A stretch of 64,000 nucleotides of DNA from the NCBI GenBank assembly GCA_019347715.1, contig JAHWKU010000007.1, positions 8,349 to 72,348 on the forward strand, given 5' to 3'. The DNA comes from Actinomycetota bacterium (GTDB taxonomy: Bacteria; Actinomycetota; CADDZG01; JAHWKV01). Both the position numbers and the translations under genes were made by a program. Shown here one piece after another: positions 8,473 through 18,244 of the stretch (position 1 is its first letter; every line of letters starts with the position of its first letter). The notes beneath the pieces are model-generated. The model was given only the letters and a program-made list of their open reading frames with translations, ran no database searches and was not told the DNA's origin.

Positions 8473-11400
8473 ATGGGCTTCGAGCAGGTAGAGAACGATC
8501 CGAAATTAGTCGAGGGCGAGAAGGAGGTCCTCTCCTTTTGGGACGAATCGCGCGCGTTTGACAAGCTGAGGGAAAAGAACGCAGGAGGGCCACCATGGTC
8601 CTTCCTCGACGGGCCCATCACAGCCAACAACCCGATGGGAGTCCACCACGCCTGGGGCCGCACCTACAAGGACCTGTTCCAACGCTACTTCGCGATGCGC
8701 GGCTACGACCAGCGCTGGCAGAACGGTTTTGATTGCCAGGGCCTCTGGGTTGAGGTCCAGGTGGAACGAGAGCTGGGCTTCAACTCAAAGAGGGATATCG
8801 AGGCCTATGGGTTGGAGGAGTTCGTCAATCGCTGCAAAGAGCGAGTCCTCAAATACTCCGCAATCCAAACGGAGCAGTCGGTGCGGCTCGGGATGTGGAT
8901 GGACTGGCAGAACTCCTATTTCACGATGTCCGACGAGAACAACTACACCATCTGGTCCTTCCTGAAACGCTGTCACGAACGCAAGCTCATATACAAGGGC
9001 ATGGACTCGATGCCGTGGTGTCCGCGCTGTGGCACCGGAATCTCCGAGCAGGAGCGGCGCGAAGGATACAAGCTCATCGAGGATGAAAGCGTCTACGTAC
9101 GTCTTCCTCTAAAGGACCGAGAGCGCGAATACCTTCTGGTCTGGACCACGACTCCATGGACCCTCGCTGCCAACGTCGCCGCTGCAGTCCATCCCGATCT
9201 CACCTATGTAGCTGCCAAGCTCGGCGAAGACACCTATTACGTCTCCAAGGGCAGGTTGTCCGTGCTGGAAGGCCATGCAGATGCGGGAGCCCCTCAGGTC
9301 ATCGAGGAGCTGAAGGGAGAGGCAATGGCCGGATGGAGATACCACGGGCCATTCGACGACCTCCCAGCCGCAGCCCCTGCTCTGGAGGTTCACCGGGTCA
9401 TCGAATGGGAAGACGTGGAAGATTCCAGCGGAACCGGCATCGTCCACATCGCTCCAGGGGCCGGAAAAGAAGACTTCGATCTGGGAAAGAAATTCGACCT
9501 TCCGGTGATTGCGCCTATCGACGAATCGGGCCGCTACGAGGAAGGGTTCGGGGCCCTGACCGGAAAAGCCGCATCAGAGGTCCACGAACTCATCTATCGC
9601 GACCTGGAGGAAAAGGGACTCTTCTTCTCCAGCGAGCGCTACACCCACGACTACCCCCACTGCTGGAGATGCGACACCCAGCTTCTCTTCCGGGCGGTCG
9701 ACGAGTGGTACATCGACATGAGCTGGCGCGACGAGATCAAAGAAGTCGCCAAACAGATCAACTGGATCCCGGACTACACCCTTGACCTCGAGCTCGACTG
9801 GCTGAAGAACATGAGTGACTGGATGATCTCCAAAAAGAGGTATTGGGGGCTCGCTCTTCCGATCTGGGAATGCAATTCGTGCGGGCATTTCGACGTTGTC
9901 GGAGGGTTCGATGAACTGAAAGAACGAGCGGTCGAGGGCTGGGACGAATTCGAGGGCCACACTCCTCACCGGCCATGGATCGACTCGATCAAGATTCGAT
10001 GCGAGAAGTGCGGAGAGATGGCCTCGAGGATTCCCGATGTCGGCAACCCATGGCTCGACGCCGGGATCGTTCCGTATTCCACCGTCGGCTACAACGAAGA
10101 TCGAGAGCACTGGGCAAAGTGGATCCCGGCCGATTTCATCGTCGAGGCCTTTCCAGGACAGTTCCGCAACTGGTTTTACGCGCTGCTGGCCATGTCGACC
10201 ATGATGGAGAAGATCCCCCCATTCCAGAACTGTCTCGGACACATGCTCGTGCGTGACGAGAAGGGCGAAGAGTTCTCGAAGAGTCGCCACTTCATTGAGC
10301 TCAACGAGGCTGCGGACCGCGCTTCCTCCGATGTCATGCGCTGGCTGTTCATGCGTCAAAACCCGACGCAAAACGTCCCATTCGGATATCACAACCTCGA
10401 TCAGCTCTCGCGCAAGGTTTTCATGACGCTTTGGAATACCTATCGTTTCTTTGTCAATTACGCCCGGCTCGACCAGTTCGATCCCGCTTCGGAGCAGGTC
10501 CCAGTGCACGAGCGTCCCGAGATCGACCGGTGGATATTGTCCGACCTTCAGCTTCTTGTGAAAAACGCGAACGAGTCATTTCCGAAGTACTGGGTGACCT
10601 CCTTCATGAGACAGGCAGAGGAATTCATCGAAAAACTTTCCAATTGGTACGTGAGACGTAACCGTCCGCGCTTCTGGGACCCAAGGGGCAAAGACGAGGA
10701 GACCGAGCGCTCCAAGCTGGCTGCCTATCAGACCCTTTACGAAGTTCTGGTGACTCTGGTCAAGCTGCTTGCGCCCGTGATCCCCTTTCTTTCCGAGAGG
10801 ATGTACCAGAACCTGGTTGCAACACAGGCCGGAGACGCCCAGCCCATCTCGGTCCACCTAGCCGACTATCCCGAGACCAGCGAAGACCTTATCGACGAAG
10901 GCCTTTCATTCGACATGCGCGTCGCACAGAACGTAGTCGCGACAGGACACTCGTTGCGAAAGCAGTCGAGTCGCCGGGTTCGGCAGCCGCTGAATGAGAT
11001 GAGGGTCGTTGCCCCGGACCCGCGTTACGCAGCCGCGCTGGAAAGACTCAGCTCTCTCGTCTCCGACGAGCTCAACGTGAAAGCGATCAACCTCACCGAT
11101 GACCTCGAAGGGCTGAGCACGGTGAAGATAAAACCTAACTTCGGCTCCCTAGGTCCTCGTTTCGGAAAAGAAGCCAAGGAAGTGGCAAAAGCGATCGAAG
11201 AACTGGACGCCACGGCGGCGACCCGGCTGGCCGGCGGAGAGTCAGTCGTTGTCGCCGGCAAGCACCTTTCGGCCGAAGACGTTCACGTCCACGTGGAAAC
11301 CGCCTCCGGCTGGATCGTGGGCGAGGCTGGCTCGCTGCAGATAGCGCTCGACGTCGCCGTCACCGATGAGTTGATCCGCGAAGGCATAGCCAGAGACGTC

Positions 11401-11637
11401 GTCCGTCACATACAGAATGTCCGCAAGGAGATAGGCCTGAATATCGAAGACCGAATCGAGGTCTCATATTCCGCCACCCCCCACGTGACGGCAGCGATCG
11501 AACAATGGGAGAGCTACATAGCCGGCGAGGCCCAAGCTGACCGTATCCAGGCGGTCGAACCTCTTGCCGACGGAACCCTCGTAAACGTAGCGGAAAGCGA
11601 AGTCAGGCTTTCCGTGAAGGTGTCGGCTAAGTCCTAG
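8473..11637 (+). CDS. ileS: Isoleucyl-tRNA synthetase
   Basis: Class-I aminoacyl-tRNA synthetase signatures ([18 protein letters not shown]-like region, editing domain). ~1055 aa. ATG at 8473 preferred over the TTG at 8455. Confidence 0.95.
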   Translation: MGFEQVENDPKLVEGEKEVLSFWDESRAFDKLREKNAGGPPWSFLDGPITANNPMGVHHAWGRTYKDLFQRYFAMRGYDQRWQNGFDCQGLWVEVQVERELGFNSKRDIEAYGLEEFVNRCKERVLKYSAIQTEQSVRLGMWMDWQNSYFTMSDENNYTIWSFLKRCHERKLIYKGMDSMPWCPRCGTGISEQERREGYKLIEDESVYVRLPLKDREREYLLVWTTTPWTLAANVAAAVHPDLTYVAAKLGEDTYYVSKGRLSVLEGHADAGAPQVIEELKGEAMAGWRYHGPFDDLPAAAPALEVHRVIEWEDVEDSSGTGIVHIAPGAGKEDFDLGKKFDLPVIAPIDESGRYEEGFGALTGKAASEVHELIYRDLEEKGLFFSSERYTHDYPHCWRCDTQLLFRAVDEWYIDMSWRDEIKEVAKQINWIPDYTLDLELDWLKNMSDWMISKKRYWGLALPIWECNSCGHFDVVGGFDELKERAVEGWDEFEGHTPHRPWIDSIKIRCEKCGEMASRIPDVGNPWLDAGIVPYSTVGYNEDREHWAKWIPADFIVEAFPGQFRNWFYALLAMSTMMEKIPPFQNCLGHMLVRDEKGEEFSKSRHFIELNEAADRASSDVMRWLFMRQNPTQNVPFGYHNLDQLSRKVFMTLWNTYRFFVNYARLDQFDPASEQVPVHERPEIDRWILSDLQLLVKNANESFPKYWVTSFMRQAEEFIEKLSNWYVRRNRPRFWDPRGKDEETERSKLAAYQTLYEVLVTLVKLLAPVIPFLSERMYQNLVATQAGDAQPISVHLADYPETSEDLIDEGLSFDMRVAQNVVATGHSLRKQSSRRVRQPLNEMRVVAPDPRYAAALERLSSLVSDELNVKAINLTDDLEGLSTVKIKPNFGSLGPRFGKEAKEVAKAIEELDATAATRLAGGESVVVAGKHLSAEDVHVHVETASGWIVGEAGSLQIALDVAVTDELIREGIARDVVRHIQNVRKEIGLNIEDRIEVSYSATPHVTAAIEQWESYIAGEAQADRIQAVEPLADGTLVNVAESEVRLSVKVSAKS

Positions 11638-12236
11638 GTCTTTCTCTTTGCGGTCTTCTTGGCCGTCGTCTTTTTGGCAGTGCTCTTCTTGGCCGTCGTC
11701 TTCTTGGCCGTCGTCTTTTTGGCAGTGCTCTTCTTGGCCGGAGCCCTCTTGGCTGAGGTCTTCTTCGCTGCAGGTTTCGCAGTCTTCTTCTTGGCCGTGG
11801 TCTTCTTTGCTGCGGTCTTCTTGGCGGTCGTCTTTTTGGCCGGCGTCTTGCGGGCGGTCACCTTCTTAGCGGTCGACCGGCCCCGCGAGGCCGCTGCCGG
11901 TCTGGCTTCTTCTTCCTCCTCTTCTTCTTCATCATCCTCGGCCTCCCAGCGCGGGGTGGTAAGGACCGGTTCTTCTTCCTCTTCTTCCTCGACGGCCGGG
12001 GTCCCAACGGGCCCTGAAGTCGGCGTTGCCGGAGCCGCCGGCGTCCATGGAGAGGTGTCGGTGGCAGGAACCGCTGCACCCTCTCGCCGCTCTCTCACGA
12101 TGGCAACGATCAGCAGCGCGAGCGCGATGAAGGCCAGTCCTATGGACGTGAAGATCAGAGCGGTCACTCCGGAAAGCCAGCCGATCACCAGTGTCACTAC
12201 CCCGGCGATCAGGGCCACGACAGAAATGGTCATCAA
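11634..12236 (-). CDS. Two-TM membrane protein with an acidic (poly-Glu) block and a C-terminal KKTTA-repeat histone-like basic tail
   Basis: N-terminus [20 protein letters not shown]… plus a second TM helix, then EEEEEEE…[10 protein letters not shown], then (A/T)KKTTAKK ×~12. The DNA shows a 15-bp tandem periodicity. Confidence 0.6.
   Translation of the reverse strand: MMTISVVALIAGVVTLVIGWLSGVTALIFTSIGLAFIALALLIVAIVRERREGAAVPATDTSPWTPAAPATPTSGPVGTPAVEEEEEEEPVLTTPRWEAEDDEEEEEEEEARPAAASRGRSTAKKVTARKTPAKKTTAKKTAAKKTTAKKKTAKPAAKKTSAKRAPAKKSTAKKTTAKKTTAKKSTAKKTTAKKTAKRKT
11640..11880. repeat. Coding tandem repeat, ~15-bp unit (cttcttggccgtcgt-like), encoding the KKTTA repeats
   Basis: Repetition of gtcttcttggccgtcgtcttt-like units is directly visible in the sequence. 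Confidence 0.7.
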
Positions 12237-12347
12237 GTCGGATCACCCCTTATTTGTAGATTGGATTTACTTCAGCCTGCGCAGTCTACTCCCACGGAGT
12301 CGACGGTCGGAACAATACCGAAAGAAGTCGGCAGTTTCTACGCCGTG

Positions 12348-13139
12348 CTATTCCTCTCCCCAGAACAGATGCTGGATAGAACGCTCGTCGTCGTCTTCCT
12401 TCTGGCGCTCCTGTGGCCTAGCCTGAGGATGAGTCCCTGGACGATCTGGAGATGGACGAGTGGGGACTCCGGCATGCTGATGCTGTCCCAGCTGGATTGG
12501 TTGAGTCGGCTCGTCTGCAGGAGCAGCGGTCTGCCCCACGACCGGCTCCGGTCTCGCAACCGGAGGTTCGCTTTCCACCGGCCGGCTCTCCTGTGCCACC
12601 GGCTGCACCGGCCGATCCTCTTCCGGCTCCGGAGCGGAGGCTTCAGGCCGTGGCGATACCGCGACCGGGCCCTCTTCTAAAACCCTCAGCTGTGACTCTA
12701 TAAATGCTTGCAGCCTAGCGCGGTACTCGGATTCGAATTTCTTCATACCCTCCAGGCCGACCTCTATCTCGCGCTGTCTGGCGACGGCCTTTTCTACGAT
12801 CTCTTGAGCGCGCCTCTCAGAGTTGGCGACTATCTCCAAAGCTTTCCTCTCGGCCCCCGCGACCATCCCCTGAGCCTTTTGCTTGGCCTCATCGATTGCT
12901 TCCTCTGCGGTCTTTTGAGCCGTGAGCAGAGTCTTCTTGAGCATGTCTTCTGTGGAGCGCGCCTGGTGGAGCTGCTCCTCCAGCTCTTTGAATCGATGAT
13001 GGAACTCCTGGTTCTCACGATAGGTGCGCTCGAAGGACAAAGCCACCTCGTCGAGGAACATATCGACCTCTTCGTGGCTGTAGCCCCGAAACGCATCATG
13101 GAACTGCTTTTCTTGGATCTCTCGAGGGGTTAGGTCCAC
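12348..13139 (-). CDS. divIVA: DivIVA-domain cell division / polar growth protein
   Basis: N-terminal MDLTPREIQEKQFHDAFRGYSHEEVDMFLD is the classical DivIVA lipid-binding domain. Followed by coiled-coil and a Pro/Gln-rich tail. Sits downstream of yggT and sepF. Confidence 0.9.
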   Translation of the reverse strand: MDLTPREIQEKQFHDAFRGYSHEEVDMFLDEVALSFERTYRENQEFHHRFKELEEQLHQARSTEDMLKKTLLTAQKTAEEAIDEAKQKAQGMVAGAERKALEIVANSERRAQEIVEKAVARQREIEVGLEGMKKFESEYRARLQAFIESQLRVLEEGPVAVSPRPEASAPEPEEDRPVQPVAQESRPVESEPPVARPEPVVGQTAAPADEPTQPIQLGQHQHAGVPTRPSPDRPGTHPQARPQERQKEDDDERSIQHLFWGEE

Positions 13140-13140
13140 C

Positions 13141-13431
13141 TCAAAAACCTCCTCCTATCTGGCAAAGAATAGGCAAGAGCACGAAACGAACAATCAAAAA
13201 CCACACCAAGAAGCCTAGATCGATAGCCATCGCTCCCGAGCGGAGCGGTGGAATGAACCTGCGCAGAAATTGCACAGGCGGGTCGACGACGGCTCCAAGG
13301 AGAGTCAGAAGAGGTCGTATTGCCTCGGGGGGTCGCCAGTCCGGCTTGAACGCGAAGACGAAAGAGAGGATGACGTGGGCTATCAGCATGTAGATATAGA
13401 GCTGCCCTAACAGGCAAAGAATGTTGCTCAC
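13141..13431 (-). CDS. yggT: YggT-family small membrane protein
   Basis: 96-aa two-TM protein in the conserved position between sepF and divIVA. Confidence 0.8.
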   Translation of the reverse strand: MSNILCLLGQLYIYMLIAHVILSFVFAFKPDWRPPEAIRPLLTLLGAVVDPPVQFLRRFIPPLRSGAMAIDLGFLVWFLIVRFVLLPILCQIGGGF

Positions 13432-13449
13432 TGAAGCGTCCGTTCATTC

Positions 13450-13908
13450 TCAAAACTCATCGAAAATCCCAGACCGGACCCTGCTTCTGAGACGATCCAT
13501 GTCGGTCTGGCTGACCTCGACATTGGGCGGAGTGATGAGGTAAACGCGCGGGGCAAGCCTCTGCATGCTTCCGTGGACGACGTATGCCGCTCCGGATGCA
13601 AAAGCTATAAGCCTTCGGTGAAGCTCATCTTCGACTCCCTGAAGATTCATGATCACCGGAACCGATGCGCGCAGCTTGTCTCCGATCTCCTGAGCATCAT
13701 CGAACGACCTAGGCTCGACCGTGTGGATCTGACCCGGGGGCGGGGCGGCAGAGGGCACGGCATGCATCTGGGGAAGCTCCTCCCTTCGGATGGTCCTGAT
13801 AGCAGGAGGTTCCTCTAAAGGCGCGTCTTCATAGCCGTCCGAGATCTCTTCCAGCTCGTCCTCCTCAACCAGTCCGAGGTAGAGGAGGGTTTTCTTCCAG
13901 ACGCCCAT
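13450..13908 (-). CDS. sepF: Cell division protein SepF
   Basis: Acidic N-terminal region plus conserved C-terminal SepF core (…IRTIRREELPQMHAVP… …VPVIMNLQGVEDELHRRLIAFASG…). Synteny. Confidence 0.9.
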   Translation of the reverse strand: MGVWKKTLLYLGLVEEDELEEISDGYEDAPLEEPPAIRTIRREELPQMHAVPSAAPPPGQIHTVEPRSFDDAQEIGDKLRASVPVIMNLQGVEDELHRRLIAFASGAAYVVHGSMQRLAPRVYLITPPNVEVSQTDMDRLRSRVRSGIFDEF

Positions 13909-13919
13909 ATTCCTTCCCT

Positions 13920-14597
13920 TTATCTCATTGCCGGACCGAAAATGGCCCGCCCAACTCTAACCATGGTCGCGCCTTCTTCGATCGCCACTCGGTAATCTTG
14001 GCTCATACCCATCGAAAGGTGTTGGATCCCTAGCTCAGGGTACCTGACGCTCGCTTCGTTGAGCAGCGAGCTCAGCAGCCTGAAACTGGGCCGGGCTTGC
14101 TCCTCATCTGCCACCAGCGGCGCCATCGTCATCAGTCCGCGAACCTTAACGCGCTCGAGCCCTGCAGCCCCGTCAATGAGCTTCCATAAGTCCTTGGGGG
14201 CCACTCCGGCCTTTGTACCCTCGCCGCTTGTGTTTACCTCCAGCAGCACTTGAACGTCACGATCCGCTCTCTTGGAGATCTCCATGGCGAGGGGAACGGT
14301 GTCTACCGAGTGGATCGTCGATATGAATGGAGTTATCTGCTTTACCTTGTTTCGCTGAAGGCGCCCCACGAAATGCCAGGTTGCGGCCTCCCCCAAGGCC
14401 TCGAACTTGCCGGCCGCCTCCGCAGTTCGGTTCTCGCCGAAATGGCTTTGCCCGGCAGACAGCGCTTCCGCCACCACCTCCGCAGACACCCCCTTGGTCA
14501 CGGCAACAAGAATGACCTCCGATGGGTTACGGCCTGCGGTGCCGGCGGTCTCCGCTATCCGCGCGCGGACCTTCTCAAGGGATTGTCTTACGTTCAT
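13920..14597 (-). CDS. yggS: YggS-family PLP-binding protein (alanine-racemase-fold)
   Basis: [16 protein letters not shown]…LVAVTKGVS…HFGENR…WHFVGRLQRNKVK…MGMSQDY. The track ORF (406 aa) is an artefactual read-through. Start at 14597 overlaps the yfiH stop (ATGA). Confidence 0.85.
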   Translation of the reverse strand: MNVRQSLEKVRARIAETAGTAGRNPSEVILVAVTKGVSAEVVAEALSAGQSHFGENRTAEAAGKFEALGEAATWHFVGRLQRNKVKQITPFISTIHSVDTVPLAMEISKRADRDVQVLLEVNTSGEGTKAGVAPKDLWKLIDGAAGLERVKVRGLMTMAPLVADEEQARPSFRLLSSLLNEASVRYPELGIQHLSMGMSQDYRVAIEEGATMVRVGRAIFGPAMR

Positions 14598-15295
14598 CTC
14601 CATAGGATGAGAGCTTGCCGGCCGGTGGCTTCTTCTCTTCGATGGGAAAAATAGCGATGGTCGCAGAAAGTACACGGGACCTTCGAAGAGGAGACCTCCA
14701 CCCCGGCGTCCTCCAATTGCCACCGGGCGGCCGCCCTGAGATCGAAGCGCAATGAACCTTCGATTACTACAGACGGATCTGGTGCGCTTGGATGCGTGGC
14801 GCGGAAGCTGTCCAGCACGTCCTCCCCCACCTCGTAATGGCATGGTCCGATGCATGGACCGATTTGAGCCGTGATCCGGCCTTCCGATAGAGATCGAAGA
14901 CTCTCGACGGTCCGGGGTATCACCGAGCCGGCAAGTCCTCTCCATCCGGCATGAATCACCCCAACCGCATCCCTGGAGGTCAAGCAGACCGGCACACAGT
15001 CCGCCGTGAAGATGGCGATCGGCAGATCCGGCTCGGAGGTCACTATCGCATCGGCCTTGGGCAGACTCGAGTCGAAACCTGCATGCTCCCTTGTGGCGAC
15101 GAGGACACCAGAGGCGTGCACCTGGTGAACCGTTACCCATCCAGACGAAATACCAAGGCGCTCAGAAACCTTGTGACGGTTTTCTACGACAGTAGCGGCC
15201 TGGTCTGTTCCGGCGAAGCTCAGGTTCCCGGATTCACGGGACGTAAAAAGAGACCTTGTGTCCGGCCGGAGAGCCTCTTCTGCCGGCCCCGTCAG
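14594..15295 (-). CDS. yfiH: YfiH/LACC1-family purine nucleoside enzyme (laccase-domain protein)
   Basis: Conserved blocks …[16 protein letters not shown]…[14 protein letters not shown]…[10 protein letters not shown]…HAGWRG… The open frame runs continuously up to the ftsZ stop but has no ATG/GTG/TTG. The only candidate is CTG at 15295, which overlaps the ftsZ TGA. Confidence 0.75.
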   Translation of the reverse strand: MTGPAEEALRPDTRSLFTSRESGNLSFAGTDQAATVVENRHKVSERLGISSGWVTVHQVHASGVLVATREHAGFDSSLPKADAIVTSEPDLPIAIFTADCVPVCLTSRDAVGVIHAGWRGLAGSVIPRTVESLRSLSEGRITAQIGPCIGPCHYEVGEDVLDSFRATHPSAPDPSVVIEGSLRFDLRAAARWQLEDAGVEVSSSKVPCTFCDHRYFSHRREEATGRQALILWR

Positions 15296-16413
15296 TCTCT
15301 CTTCCTAAGAAAGCTTGGGATGTCGAGATCCTCTTCCTCCGCCTCCGCATCGAAGACGAAGCGTGGTTCCTCGCCGAACTCTTCCTCTTCCGCAGCGTCG
15401 AGCTCTTCGACCACGCTCGCGGCAGCAGCAGGGATAGCCGTCGTTTCCTCGACTTTTCCGGAATCCCAGCGGTCGAATCCCGATGCGATGACCGTAACGC
15501 GAACTTCGTCTCCAAGCTGATCGTCTACGACCATTCCGTAGATGATGTTGGCGTCCGGGTGCGCCGCCTTGGCAATGATGTCTGCGGCCTCGTTCACCTC
15601 GAACAGTCCCAGGTCGCTTCCTCCTGAAGCATTGATCAGCACACCTCTCGCCCCATCGATGGAGGATTCGAGCAGCGGCGAGGAAATCGCGTTCTGCGCC
15701 GCAACTACCGCACGGTTCTCGCCTCTTGCGGTTCCAATGCCCATGAGGGATGAACCGGCGTTTGTCATGACCGCCTTCACGTCGGCGAAGTCGATGTTGA
15801 TCAGTCCAGGAGTATTGATGAGGTCCGTTATCCCCGCCACTCCGTGGAGCAGAACTTCGTCCGCCATTCGGAATGCTTCGAGCACCGATGTCGTCTCATC
15901 GCAAACCTGAAGAAGGCGATCGTTGGGAATGATGATGAGGCTGTCGACTCTTTCCTTCAGGTTCATGATTCCCTGTTCGGCCTGAACGCTTCGACGACGT
16001 CCTTCGAAAGAGAACGGCCGGGTTACAACACCGATGGTGAGAGCGCCGAGGTTCTTGGCGATCTCTGCAACGATCGGAGCTCCTCCGGTTCCGGTGCCTC
16101 CGCCCTCTCCGGCGGTGATGAACACCATGTCCGCGCCCTTCAAGCTTTCTTCCACTTCGTCGCGATGAGCCTCACAAGCCTGTCGTCCCAGTTCTGGATC
16201 GGCGCCGGCGCCAAGACCGCGAGTGATTTCACGACCCACGTCGAGCTTCGTATCCGCGTCGGACATGAGAAGAGCTTGCGCATCTGTGTTGATCGCGATG
16301 AACTCCACGCCCTTCAATCCCGCGTCGATCATCCGGTTCACCGCGTTGACTCCGCCGCCACCGACACCGACGACTTTGATGATGGTCAGATAGTTCTGAG
16401 GACCCATCGCCAT
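15292..16413 (-). CDS. ftsZ: Cell division GTPase FtsZ
   Basis: Tubulin signature GGGTGTG and T7 loop, with an acidic C-terminal tail ending [15 protein letters not shown] lies 5 nt upstream of the ATG. Confidence 0.97.
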   Translation of the reverse strand: MAMGPQNYLTIIKVVGVGGGGVNAVNRMIDAGLKGVEFIAINTDAQALLMSDADTKLDVGREITRGLGAGADPELGRQACEAHRDEVEESLKGADMVFITAGEGGGTGTGGAPIVAEIAKNLGALTIGVVTRPFSFEGRRRSVQAEQGIMNLKERVDSLIIIPNDRLLQVCDETTSVLEAFRMADEVLLHGVAGITDLINTPGLINIDFADVKAVMTNAGSSLMGIGTARGENRAVVAAQNAISSPLLESSIDGARGVLINASGGSDLGLFEVNEAADIIAKAAHPDANIIYGMVVDDQLGDEVRVTVIASGFDRWDSGKVEETTAIPAAAASVVEELDAAEEEEFGEEPRFVFDAEAEEEDLDIPSFLRKRD

Positions 16414-16442
16414 CCCAACCTCCGTTCCGTTCTGGGGAAGTA

Positions 16443-16469
16443 TTACTCTCGACCACAGGTTGAGAGTAA
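16443..16469. promoter_or_regulatory. Inverted repeat TTACTCTC-N11-GAGAGTAA in the ftsZ 5' leader
   Basis: Perfect 8-bp arms, 30–55 nt upstream of the ftsZ ATG (16413), read directly from the sequence. Confidence 0.4.
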
Positions 16470-16563
16470 TGAGAATCTTGAAAGCCTCAAGATTCAGTAG
16501 AGAAATATAGGCGCGCTGCGCCGGGGGGTCAACAGGCAGAGCCGAAGTTCATCGGTGTAACTA

Positions 16564-16622
16564 AGGTAGCGGAGCGGACCGCAGGTCTGCCGTTACTAAC
16601 GGTAGCGGACTGCAGGTCTGCC
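16564..16622. repeat. Imperfect tandem direct repeat (~22–27 bp) spanning the ftsQ stop codon
   Basis: ggtagcgga(gcgga)ccgcaggtctgcc followed 9 nt later by ggtagcggactgcaggtctgcc. The second copy encodes the FtsQ C-terminus …GRPAVRYR*. Confidence 0.6.
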
Positions 16623-17294
16623 CGGGACCCGAACGTCGAGATACTCAATGACTTTGGAGTCGGTCTCTGCGCGCTTCAGGAGTGCGCGCGCCGCAAAGTT
16701 CTTCTCTTCGATCTCTTCCGCCGCTCCAAAGAGGATTCTCGTGTCTGTATCCAAGACGAAGGTGATCCGGTCAACGCTTCGGGCGGACACGCTTTTCAGC
16801 CGAGCGGAAAGGGAGGGATCGAGCTCCGGAAGGATTTCGAAAACATGCCGCAACTGCGGAAGGTCTAGCGTTGTGCCGGGTTCTACGACTTCTGGCGTGA
16901 CATCTTCGATGAGAAGCAGGTCGCGCTGTCCCTGTTCTAAAACAACCCCGCTCCCATCGATCAGGTATGTCCCAGTGATTGCAGTGATCAGTGCCACCGG
17001 GGTCCTTTCGTTAACCGAGATGCGAATCGTGGATGGCAGGATCCTTTCAACGCGGACATCGTCGATCCATGGATTGGAACGAACGCGGCCGGCAACAGTA
17101 CCGGTGTCGACGGAAAGAAGATGAACGCCGCGCCTCAAGCCAGTTTCCGCAACCACTTCTTCCTTGGAGAGCTCGGAGTTCCCTGCAACTTCTACACGTC
17201 GGAGCTCGAGGAGACTCGACCTCCACAGAACCGACCCACCGAAGCCAAGTCCTGCAGCAACGACCAGTGCCACTATCCATCGGATGACTCTCAT
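16596..17294 (-). CDS. ftsQ: Cell division protein FtsQ/DivIB (POTRA-containing)
   Basis: N-terminal TM helix, POTRA-like LRRVEVAGNSELSKEEVV. Position between murB and ftsZ. Confidence 0.8.
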   Translation of the reverse strand: MRVIRWIVALVVAAGLGFGGSVLWRSSLLELRRVEVAGNSELSKEEVVAETGLRRGVHLLSVDTGTVAGRVRSNPWIDDVRVERILPSTIRISVNERTPVALITAITGTYLIDGSGVVLEQGQRDLLLIEDVTPEVVEPGTTLDLPQLRHVFEILPELDPSLSARLKSVSARSVDRITFVLDTDTRILFGAAEEIEEKNFAARALLKRAETDSKVIEYLDVRVPGRPAVRYR

Positions 17295-18241
17295 CCCCGC
17301 AACTGCTCCTCGCCCTCGAACTCTCCTACGGTAGAAACCTCAGGAATCAAAAGCACTCCGCTTGCGCGCTCTACCTGTATTTGAACTCTCGCCATCAGGT
17401 CAAAGACGTCCTGAGCAGTTGATCCCGGCCGCGCGAGAAAGAAATTGGCGTGCTTCGCTGAGACTTCCGCTTTGCCGACACGCAGTTCCTTTAGCCCGGC
17501 GGCCTCGATCAATCTCCCCGCGGAATCGCCTTGGGGATTCCTGAACATCGATCCGGCGTTGGGAGCTTCCACAGGCTGAGTCTCAGAACGGTGGCGCCGG
17601 TACTCCTCCATCCTGCCGGCGATCTTTTCTTGCACGCCCGGTTGAAGCCGGAATCTCGCGCTGGACACGACGTCGTTCTGAGCGAGATTGGTGTGCCGGT
17701 AGCTCATATCGAGATCGGCCGCGCCAACGGTCGCCGAGCTTCCACCCCCGAAGTTGAAGACCGTCGCCGAATCCAACACTTCCGATACCGATGAACCGTG
17801 AGCTCCGGCATTCATCTTCACCGCGCCCCCTACGGTGGCAGGGATGGCAATTGCGAATTCCAGTCCAGACAGACCCAGCCTCGCCGCCCGGTTGGCCACT
17901 CGAGGCAATTGAGCCATTCCTCCGGCCGCCAGGATGCTCTCTTCCTCGTGCGAGATCCACTCGAATCCTTTGCCCAGGCGGATAGCGACTCCTGGGAATC
18001 CACGGTCGGATACGAGCAGGTTCGTTCCTTTGCCAAGCACGAGTACCGGAAGATCGTTTTCGCTTACGACTTTCGAGACCGTCTCCAGATCGGTCTCGGT
18101 CTCACACTCGCACAGGACCGCAGCGGGGCCCCCGAGTCTGAATGAGGTAAATCGGGCGATGGGAGCATCCGGGGTAGCTTTGGCGCCCATGGCCTCGCGC
18201 AGCTCGGCGACGGCCAACCGCAGGTGCTCGGAGTCGGCCAT
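17291..18241 (-). CDS. murB: UDP-N-acetylenolpyruvoylglucosamine reductase
   Basis: FAD-binding domain (RLGGPAAVL…GKGTNLLVSDRGFPG) and C-terminal MurB domain. Confidence 0.9.
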   Translation of the reverse strand: MADSEHLRLAVAELREAMGAKATPDAPIARFTSFRLGGPAAVLCECETETDLETVSKVVSENDLPVLVLGKGTNLLVSDRGFPGVAIRLGKGFEWISHEEESILAAGGMAQLPRVANRAARLGLSGLEFAIAIPATVGGAVKMNAGAHGSSVSEVLDSATVFNFGGGSSATVGAADLDMSYRHTNLAQNDVVSSARFRLQPGVQEKIAGRMEEYRRHRSETQPVEAPNAGSMFRNPQGDSAGRLIEAAGLKELRVGKAEVSAKHANFFLARPGSTAQDVFDLMARVQIQVERASGVLLIPEVSTVGEFEGEEQLRG

Positions 18242-18244
18242 CGC

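Noticed and set aside
13920-15140. 406-aa ORF spanning yggS and yfiH
   Set aside because: Only the C-terminal 226 aa (from MNVRQ) look like YggS. The upstream part is a Gly/Arg-rich alternative-frame read over yfiH.
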